A stretch of 52,993 bases of DNA from a virus (Duplodnaviria > Heunggongvirae > Uroviricota > Caudoviricetes). How positions within the stretch are numbered: position 1 is the first letter of the stretch; each line of letters opens with the position of its first letter. Positions 45,401-52,993 of this stretch are shown piece by piece. The notes beneath the pieces are model-generated. The model saw only the letters and a program-made list of their open reading frames with translations, was not told where the DNA came from and ran no database searches. Where the stretch lies: IMG/VR virus record IMGVR_UViG_3300019845_000023, positions 69,058-122,050 of that record; one strand, given 5' to 3'. Made by a program: the position numbers and the translations under genes.

Positions 45401-46352
45401 TTTCGATGAACTTTGCGGAGACAGAGTCGAAGCAATGACTAACTACATTAATGGTATAGCAGACCAGAAGAAGAGAATAACTCTACAGAATATGCAGATG
45501 CTTATAGCTCAGAATATGATACCAGCAGAATTAGACTTTGAAAAGAGATTATTCAATTTCAACAAGTATATCAAGGTTTCTAAGGACGGAACTTACTACT
45601 ATCTTGATGAAATTGCGATGCCATTCTTCGAAGCAAATTATGATACAAATAAGATAGAAGAAATCGTTGTAACAAATGACGGTCCGAAGGGCAAGATTAA
45701 AATGACTACTTGGGAGTCAATCTATAAGAAAGGTATGGACCCAGTAAGAGATTGGATGAAGAAGAATCAGCAGGACATTCTTAATGAACTTAATCGCCGC
45801 CTTGTTCAAGAGGTATGGGATAAGTATGGTAAGGGTTCAGTAGCTGATTGGGAAATGGATAGCTTAGGCTTCTACTACCACGACCATCCACTTGCTAATT
45901 TAAAGGACGATATATATAGTATCGCTGATTTTAACGACCTTTCTCCTGAGCCAGAAGTAGACCGTTGCTTTACTACAAAAGACGGTTCAGAGATTAAGAT
46001 GTTCAAGATATATCGTATCGCAGGAACAGTAATTGATAAGGATAAGAATAAGAGTTCAGTAATGTTATTAACTCCGTCCGGTGTTGTAACTGTTAAGGTT
46101 TGGAAGAACCAGTTCGCTGCTTGGGATAAGCAAATTTCTGAGCGCGGCGCAGATGGTGTAAAACACGTAGTTGAAAAGTCTTGGTTCAGTCGTGGTAATA
46201 AACTTATTATAACAGGCATAAGACGTGATGACACATTCATTCCAAAGAAGTATAAGAATACTGAATTTGATATATTCGAGAAGATAATCAAAATGGACGA
46301 GAAAGGATTTATCTTAGAGTCATTAACTGAAAGACCAGAGGTAGATGAATAA
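42432..46352 (+). CDS. dnaE: DNA polymerase III alpha subunit (DnaE type, intact-looking PHP domain)
   Basis: HSHSEYS, LTDHE, SDAHY, GPGRGSA, PDIDID, GQHASG, GYSFSLPH; no TAG in 1306 codons. Confidence 0.95.
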   Translation: MSLNDIPRFDTHSHSEYSNIRLIDSINKIPDMIKTAHRLGMKGIALTDHECVSGHLKWLQTEKKLKEKGEIPEDFKCACGNEIYLVDDRANIERYWHYILIAKNADGHKAIRELSSTAWYHSFTSRGMTRVPTEKKELEAIVKKYPHSLIATTACIGGQLGGRVLQLVKAEDHGDMEEIIRCKQDIDAFIRWNLELFGDDFYIEVAAGQSKDQIRFNKRIASIANNYLVRMVIGSDAHYLTAAERPLHKAYLNSKEGDREVDEFYFDAHMMDNEEAFGNLQVAFSEEDFGQMCVNSMEIYDKIEPFSLEHTSIIPEVEVRDYPQIFSPYGDKYPVINGLFMSNDIQERYWINECIQALINKRLITEPEYLERLEIEADVIKTIGEKLNDCLFKYFNTFQHFINLFWDCGSIVGPGRGSAVCFLSNYLLGITQLDPLKWGLKYWRFLNKERVELPDIDIDLSPSKRKKIFEAIRKERGELNVIQVCTFGTEGTRSAIAAAGRGYRSEAYPNGLEVETTQYLSGLIPQERGFLWSIHDVVYGNPEKGRAPIGAFIAEVEKYPGLLEIIESIEGLVNKRGQHASGVILYNTNPCDTGAIMRSPNGDLTTQFSLHEAEAMGDVKYDFLVTEICDKITTCIELMQKDGIVEKDLSLRNIYDKYLHPSVLNLEDKRMWDALGQGTVLDVFQFSTGVGLATAKQVKPQNPTEMTSANAIMRLMGERGKERPLDRYCRLKEDIGQWYKEARDRGLSEDEIKILEPYYLPRFGVPALQEDLMEICMDDKIAHFSLKEANAARKTVAKKHMEEIPALHDKFVDACPNKNFGDYVWETTMGPQMGYSFSLPHSLAYSFVGIQTLYLATNYPAIYWNCACLIVNAGGADLLDTDDVDTDAEETDTTVKKNKSVNYGKISAAIGDSKTRGITVLPPDINESDLIFKPELKRNAIIYGMKGINRIGTKLVYEIFNNRPYTSIEDFLSKVKVNKLQMFSLIKAGAFDELCGDRVEAMTNYINGIADQKKRITLQNMQMLIAQNMIPAELDFEKRLFNFNKYIKVSKDGTYYYLDEIAMPFFEANYDTNKIEEIVVTNDGPKGKIKMTTWESIYKKGMDPVRDWMKKNQQDILNELNRRLVQEVWDKYGKGSVADWEMDSLGFYYHDHPLANLKDDIYSIADFNDLSPEPEVDRCFTTKDGSEIKMFKIYRIAGTVIDKDKNKSSVMLLTPSGVVTVKVWKNQFAAWDKQISERGADGVKHVVEKSWFSRGNKLIITGIRRDDTFIPKKYKNTEFDIFEKIIKMDEKGFILESLTERPEVDE

Positions 46353-47299
46353 TGATTATCGGTTTATATGATATAGATTTGTGGCACCGTGGACGTGCGG
46401 TGCCCAATCTTGAATTAATGCAATACTACGCCTATTATCATAAAAGAAATGATAGAGTAGTTTTGATGAAGCCAACTGATGAAGAAAGTCAGTTTGCAAA
46501 GATAATTTATTTCAAAGAAAACCCTAATGTACTACTTCCAAAGACTTTATAGGTTTTCGGAGATAATAAAGAATTTACTGGATATGGCTTTTATAAGAAA
46601 AATGAAAAGCTTCCACCAGAGATTGAAGTGCCGCCTTCCTATGTTCCATATGACCCTTGGGTTAATAAACTTGGAATTTCTGCGGCAGAGTTTGAAAAAA
46701 TGAAACATAATAGCTATGTAAGAATTGAAACAGAAAACTTCGTAGACTTTAAGAAAGATGCAATGCACATTTATATAGCAGATAAAGACCCTCTCAATGT
46801 GAAAGGAGCTCTCGATTTTATTGATGAACATAAGAATAAACGTTTCAACTTTTTACACACGCCAATCTTAAATGATGAAGCAACTGCTTTGAGCTTTATG
46901 CGTTATCGAGCACTTTTTAATAAGAACTGTGTGATTAATTTCCACTGTTCTGAAGATTTCTTCTGTGATTATTATGAGTCAGTTATTTTCAAACTGGATA
47001 AATTTGATAAAGAAACTGAAGAACAATATCAAAAGAGAATTGCTAAAATGGCGATTTGGTATAAAGGTCATAATGCCGCATTGAGATTTCCTTATAACGT
47101 AAAATACTCGCCGTTTACCGAGAAGATTATTATTTGGGCAAAAGATAATAGTGCTAAGGATTCATTCGCAACATTTTACCAATCTTCTAAGATAACTCAA
47201 AAAGAACTCGCCACCCTACCATCTGGATTGAGATTACTTCTCAAACAAAATCCTAAAACGGCAACACGTCAAAGTCTTGACTTAAAATCATCTTTATGA
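46352..47299 (+). CDS. Degenerate phage radical-SAM-like protein, 315 aa
   Basis: IGLYDID...PNLELM..AYYH N-terminus resembles phage Fe-S oxidoreductases, but no CxxxCxxC; one TAG at codon 67. Confidence 0.6.
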
Positions 47300-47305
47300 T
47301 ATAAT
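47277..47305 (+). promoter_or_regulatory. σA-type promoter
   Basis: TTGACT-N17-TATAAT with TG extension. Confidence 0.8.
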
Positions 47306-47333
47306 TAATTATAAAAGTAAGGAGGAGATACTA

Positions 47334-47516
47334 ATGGAAAAGAGAGAAGAATATGCAAAAGTTTGCTTTGAACTCAGAGAACGCCAAGACGAACTTTTAA
47401 AGTTCGATGTAAGCACTTTCGTTCTTAACCCAGAGATTAACACTCTTATAGATGAAATAGCTGAGTTGGAAGTGATAAAGGCAAATCTTGAAAAAGAATT
47501 AGGAGGAGCAAAGTGA
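47334..47516 (+). CDS. Hypothetical coiled-coil protein, 60 aa
   Basis: GGAGG RBS; TGATG overlap. Confidence 0.7.
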   Translation: MEKREEYAKVCFELRERQDELLKFDVSTFVLNPEINTLIDEIAELEVIKANLEKELGGAK

Positions 47517-48247
47517 TGGAAAAAATTAATGTAGATATTTTCAATGAAGATGGTTCTTTAAAGAGCAAAGAAGATTTCCTCAAGACCTTTGATAAGGCTT
47601 ATGATGAAATCGCTGAGGAAATCAAGGGTGCTGATGTTGGTCTTCCCGATACATACTTCGGAATATTAACTGACCCTGAATGTTAGATTGATGTTGAGTC
47701 TACTCTTGAAACATTTGATTTTACAGAGAGAACAATATATTTGACAGAGGAAATTAAGCCCGAACTTGCAGTTAGTATTTTTGAGATAATCCGCTTCTGG
47801 AATAAGGTTGATAAAGAAGACGAAATTCCAATCGAGGAAAGAGAGCCAATTAAGATATACATTAATACTCCTGGCGGCGACCTTGATGGCGTACTAAGTA
47901 TTATTAGTGCAATTCAAGCGTCTGTAACTCCTGTATATACTTACAATATAGGTACAGCCTATAGTGGTGGTTTCTTTATCTGTATCGCAGGTCATAAGAG
48001 ATTCGCTTTAACACACACTTCATTTATGTTCCATGAAGGTGCGGCAATGGACGGTGGAGATGCTCACAAGTTCTTCCAGCACGTTGATTTCTACAGATAT
48101 CAGCTTACAAGACTTAAAGCTCACGTCCTCAATAAAACAAACATTACCAGTGATGTTTATGAGGAACATAAGAAAGACGACTGGTTTATGGACCAGGACG
48201 ACGCTAAGAAATTTGGCGTTATTGATGAAATTATAGAAAAGCTTTAA
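47516..48247 (+). CDS. clpP: ClpP-like serine protease with acidic N-terminal extension, 243 aa
   Basis: YINTPGG, AYSGG (Ser), FMFHEG (His), DWFM...A.KFG.ID; one TAG at codon 57. Confidence 0.85.
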
Positions 48248-48261
48248 GGAGGAAAACATAA

Positions 48262-49053
48262 ATGAAGAAAGAAGTAAATGAAAAGCTCGAAGCGTTATTC
48301 GCATATGATACCAATAATACACTTGACCAGTTACTTTCATTGCTCGAACTTCCCGATGAGCAGTTTGATGCACTTTATCCAAGTATTCAGTAGAAGCTCG
48401 ACCTTGTTTTCGCAAGTGAAGAGTTCCAGCAGGATACATTAAAGGCTCTTAAACTTACAGGTCACGGTTCTATTGAGGAAGAGAGGGCTGCGGCACTTGA
48501 AGTAATTGATGAGATTTCAGCAGATGACACACTTTCTCGTTCAAAGAGGGATTTCCTTACATCTCTTATCGAAGGTTCAGTTGTATCAATCATAAATCTT
48601 ATCGAGGTCCCAAGAGAGCGCGTTAAGGTTCAGATTAAAAAGCTTAGCGAGGATGCTGTTATTCCTCAGTATGCACATAAGACTGATGCTGGCGCAGATG
48701 TTTATGCAATAGAAGATGTTACACTTAAACCACATGAGACACAGCTTATTAAGACTGGTATCTCAGTTGCAATTCCTGTTGGATATGAGATTCAGGTTCG
48801 TCCTCGTTCAGGACTTAGTCTTAAGACAGGTTTAAGAGTTGCTAATGCCCCTGGCACTATCGACTCTGATTATCGTGGTGAAGTATGTGTAATTATGACA
48901 AATACTGCTAATCTTTCTCAGACAATTAATAAAGGCGATAAGATTGCACAGCTTGTAATCTCAGCCGTTCCGATGATTGATTGGGTTGAAGTTGACGAGC
49001 TTGACTCAACAGAGAGAGGAGAAGGCGGCTTCGGCTCAACTGACAAGAAGTGA
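48262..49053 (+). CDS. dut: Trimeric dUTPase with about 120-aa acidic N-terminal domain, 263 aa (absent from ORF track)
   Basis: AGADVY, RPRSGL, GTIDSDYRG, IAQL, RGEGGFGST; the RBS-linked ATG is upstream of TAG 48391. Confidence 0.92.
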
Positions 49054-49059
49054 TGCCAT

Positions 49060-49797
49060 GTGGCAGGAAAGCTTAAGTATGAAGATATAAAATAGGATAT
49101 AGAAAGTAGCGGTTGGCAATTATTGTCAACCGACTACGTTAATCTGAAAACAGATTTAGAGTTGAAATGTCCTGAAGGACACTTGAACTATGTATCCTAT
49201 GAGAAATGGCGCCGCGGCACGCATGAATGTCCAATTTGTAAGGAGAATAAATATTACCATACAGATAATATAGCCGTTAAAAAAACAGGTTTCAGAATAC
49301 TTGCTTTTGACCAAGCTTCAATTACATCTGGTTGGTCTGTATATGACGGAGATAAAATGATTAAATATGGGCATTGGACATCTGATGGCGCACATAGTAC
49401 AGAGCGTATAGCTTAGACAAAATAGTGGGTAGTTTCTATGATTGCTAAATGGAAACCCGATAAGGTAATTTTTGAGGATATTTAGTTATAGACATATAAG
49501 AAGAACCCACAGGAAGTCATTGAAATGGTTACAACATTTAAAAAGCTCGCTCATTTACAAGGAGTTCTTAAAAACTATTGTTATGAAAACGGCATTTTGT
49601 ATAAAATCGCCGCACCTGCAACTTGGAGACATCACTCTTAGGTAAAGGGTAACAACAGAACCGACCAAAAGAAAAGTGCTTAGCTAAGAGTTAAATCAAT
49701 CTATGATATTAGTGTATCATAGGATGAGGCAGATGCTATATTAATTGGTCGCTGGGCTGCATATGATTAGAAAGCAAATGAGATAATTGAGTTCTAA
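49060..49797 (+). CDS. ruvC: RuvC-like Holliday junction resolvase with N-terminal Zn-ribbon, 245 aa
   Basis: CPEGH...CPIC; ILAFDQAS...GW; FEDI[Q]L[Q]; LAHLQG; [Q]DEADAILIG; 9 TAG. Confidence 0.85.
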
Positions 49798-49806
49798 GGT
49801 GATATA

Positions 49807-50184
49807 ATGATAATATAGAGAAATACTTTGCCGATATTATCAAATATCTTTTCAAGAATTTCTGATACTAAATTTGATATAAATACTTAGTATAAGCTCT
49901 TAAAAATAAAGAAAGCGATTGAAGAAGAAGAAGAACTTTATTTAACTTAGTTAGATAGACTTCAAGAATATTGCTTAAGAGATGAGAATGGAAATCTCAT
50001 TAAAAATGAAGATGGCGGATATGCAATTGATACAGAAAAAGCTCAAGAATGTGCTGATATTGTAAAAGAAATAAATTCAATTCAAATACAAATACCAGAT
50101 ATTCAATTCAGTCTTGATGAACTTGCACCGCTTCAATTAACTTTTAAGGAGTTAGAAGTTCTTGACCCATTTATAAAAATATAA
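49807..50184 (+). CDS. Hypothetical protein (DUF1617-like), 125 aa (absent from ORF track)
   Basis: AAGGTG RBS; YKLLKIKK...RDENGNLI...G pattern; 3 TAG; ends at the terminator. Confidence 0.7.
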
Positions 50185-50221
50185 AAAGAAAGAGGTAAGA
50201 TTTATCTTACCTCTTTTTTAT
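50184..50221. terminator. Bidirectional terminator between convergent modules
   Basis: AAAGAGGTAAGA-ttta-TCTTACCTCTTT with an A-tract before and a T-tract after. Confidence 0.88.
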
Positions 50222-52095
50222 TAGTATTGGGATGTAATTCCAAAATATTCTTCTATTGTAGTATTCTTTAATTTATTCGCCCATTCAGTTCCTACATAAC
50301 GAACGTGCCAAGGCTCATAAATATATCCAGTAATACTATCTTTTCCATATGGATAACGTATGATAAATCCATATTCATGACAATGCTAAGCAAGCCACGC
50401 AGATTGATTTGGATATCGAGCAACATATCCAGTTTGTGAATCTGAACTTGCTGATGTTATATCAATCGCATATCCAGTATGATGTTCTGAATAGCCTGGT
50501 CTTGCTGAATATGTATCTCTTGTACTTGAAGGATAGCTATTGTAAATAGACTACTAATCAGAATAAGAACGATAGCCGCCGGTTCCATATAGACTTCCTC
50601 CGGATACAGACATCGGCTCATTACGAATATTATGCTAACTTGCATAAGCTTCCCATCCAGCTTTAAGACTATTATATGCTGCAATTGTTTCACTTCTTAA
50701 TCCACCGACAGCAGAAATCGCCGCCTAAGTCATTGGATAGGATTTATTGACAACAATCAATCCATCGAAATAATGACAGCCGCCCCTCTCTTCATGAGTA
50801 TGAGTCTCTTCATTTGGAATAACAGCAGGATTTGGCTCTCTTCTTGTCTAATCCATATCCCAGTTGGTAGTAAATATCGTATAATACAATCCAGGTAAGA
50901 ACTCTACAACTGTAGCCAAATTAATAATCGTAGCTTCACCTGGCACTGGAGTAGGTCCACTATGATTATTCTAAAATGGACAAGCCTAAAAACCTTCTAT
51001 AGTATGTGCCTAAGTTAAACCATAAGCAGGTCCATATCTAATGTTTTTATAAATTGTCTGTGCTTTTTCTAAATCCCAGTCAGATTTCTACTAAGACTCA
51101 GTAATAACATTATATGAGCCCCATCCTCTTTCTTGCCACCAACGGCAAAATGTTTCCAAAGTTGAACCCTCAGCTCTATAATTATAGGCAGTCTGGTAAT
51201 CAGTTGGAGAACGATATAATATAGTTGCTCTCAATAATTTAGCATATGAGATACCTTCTTCTCCCTCTCCAAATTCGTGAGTACATATTAAATAAGCCAT
51301 CTTTAGTCCTGGGTTAGTACTTAAAGTAGTTAAAGAATCTGGATAAGCTCCCATAAAGGCCTCAGACATTGATAATGAACCATATGAATCGCCATACTCA
51401 GGTACCATTGTTCCTCCCATTGCATTATTGCAAGAAGTTGGGTCATACTCAATACCACCAGGAGGCGGCGTATCAGAGTCACCCTGAATTTTAATATATA
51501 CTGGTTCCTAACTAAAAATAGCATATCCAAGTCTATCTCCAACAGCTTGACCTGCACAAGTTTTACTGCTGTATTCTGCATATGCCGCGGTACCAGTTCT
51601 TATTAATGGTTTAATATCAAGATGTAAATGAACATACTATCCAACAGGACCATCGAACCATTCACTTCCTTCTGTATGTCCGCTACAACCCATACCACCA
51701 ATAAGCTATCCTTTTTTAACTTTATCACCTATGTGCAAAGTAGGGAACTAAGGGTATTCAGATGGATTTACAAGATGACAATGATATATAATTAAATCTC
51801 CATCCAGAATCCCACTTGACTAAGATAATGTATTTTCAGCTAAAATAGTAATATCATTACCACCAGCATAACTTGTATCATATTGAGTAGAGCCATGATT
51901 ATAATGGACATTTGTGACTTCTCCATCACACATGGCGTATATTGGAGTACCAAGTCTATCTCTATAATTATCTGAAGTAGCTATATCCAATGGAGTATAA
52001 CCATGTCCACTATATGTTGTTATAAATCCAGTTGCCTTTGGGGCATTTAACCCCAAAGGATGGACAAAATATTGATTTAAATCTATTTCAGACAT
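50221..52095 (-). CDS. Multi-domain peptidoglycan hydrolase: M23 peptidase, putative SleB-like middle domain, VanY/M15B peptidase; 624 aa
   Basis: M23: PIYAMCDG.V, VKKG[Q]LIG, HLHLD; M15B: GYRSYSD[Q][Q], SARPGYSEHHTG.AID, YEPWHVRYVG; 16 TAG; ends TAA. Confidence 0.88.
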
Positions 52096-52100
52096 TCATA

Positions 52101-52991
52101 TCAACTCCCATAATATCCTGGGTCTAATAATCCATAAGTTTCGATAGAAGTACTACCTCCACCACCTTCACTACCAGTACCAGTATATTCAGTATAAGTA
52201 TTTTGACAGTCTATTGTGTATGGAACTCCAGCAATAGGAAGCTTGTTAGAAAAATAAATTTTCTATTTAGAGCCATAACTTCCTGTTACTTCATACCATC
52301 CTCTATAAAACATTTCAAATATTTCGTGTAAATTTACATATTCTTTATCTGCATTTTGTTTAAGTAGATGCTGAATTACAGTTAATCCCTAAGATGCTCC
52401 TGGTATATTTATTGTGGTAACGAATAAATCTTCCTCTGTTGGTAAATATGCAAATTGTCCTTCTGTACTAAATGAACCAGTAATTTTTTTAATTTCGTGA
52501 TTATGGCGAACTAATTTAATGCTGGCAACTGCGGTAGAAATAGCTTCATCTAATGGAATACCATTCTTATCTCGGATGTTATGGAAATCCAAGTACATTA
52601 CTCCTCGTTCTATCCAAATATCCGCATTTTTGATTTGTATTTCATCAGTAATTTTTGAACTTTGAGTAAGCAAACTGCTTCCAGTCTTATCATAAATATC
52701 TCCTCCCATATACAAAGAACCATCTTTTTTAATTGAGAAAATATTTTTAGCTTTTCCGTCAGTGTCTTTAGCACAGCAGAATAATCTTTCATCACCAGAA
52801 ACCTAATCTTCCAAAGCAATTTTATTGTTAATATATAATCCCGCCGCGCCAGTAACCGGCTGAATAGGAGTCTGCTATTCGCTTTGAGTGATAAAGCCAT
52901 AATTTATATCATTTTTATAATAAAAAGTTGGAAGTGTAGATAAAGATATAGCATTTTGACCCTAATCCTAAATATAACCAGTCTTTTCCAT
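52101..52991 (-). CDS. 3' part of a putative tail/baseplate protein, probably starting beyond the window
   Basis: Frame of track ORF 52389-52715 is open from the window edge to TGA 52101, with 6 TAG only. Confidence 0.7.
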
Positions 52992-52993
52992 CA

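Noticed and set aside
22661-46352. Inteins or group I introns in nrdD, gyrA/B, helicase or dnaE
   Set aside because: Protein lengths are ordinary, motifs are contiguous, and no splice-junction or homing-endonuclease signatures are visible
49060-52095. TAG as pyrrolysine
   Set aside because: TAG aligns with Gln positions in several families, is far too frequent, and no pyl genes are in the window
1-52993. Suppressor tRNA-CUA or other tRNA/tmRNA genes
   Set aside because: No cloverleaf or T-loop consensus seen in the intergenic gaps, which are short and explained by promoters and terminators; a covariance-model scan would be needed to exclude them formally

Overview
This is a 53-kb, AT-rich (roughly one-third GC by eye) segment of a large tailed-phage genome. 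The host is probably an anaerobic Bacillota (Firmicutes) bacterium, inferred from σA-type promoters, DnaE, anaerobic RNR, HPr, amidase and VanY. The key to reading it is that TAG behaves as a glutamine codon (translation table 15). The fragmented ORF track collapses into about 56 continuous genes when TAG is read through, and every resulting gene ends in TAA or TGA, often with TAATG/ATGA overlaps. TAG also falls at positions where the protein family has a conserved Gln. Layout: 1-16.6 kb (minus) holds tail/fibre genes, holin, amidase endolysin and an HPr-like gene. 16.7-50.2 kb (plus) is a nucleotide-metabolism and replication module (kinase, RNase H, ligase, NrdH/NrdD/NrdG, FTR-like, GyrB/GyrA, SSB, Sak4-like ATPase, PhoH, helicase, primase, RecJ, DnaE, ClpP, dUTPase, RuvC). 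50.2-53 kb (minus) holds an M23+VanY peptidoglycan hydrolase and a partial structural gene. TAG density is very uneven: none in DnaE, GyrB, ligase or primase, and dense in virion, lysis and resolvase genes. I found no tRNA, release factor, CRISPR array or mobile element in the window. Family calls come from motifs I recognise, not from database searches, and all counts were made by hand.
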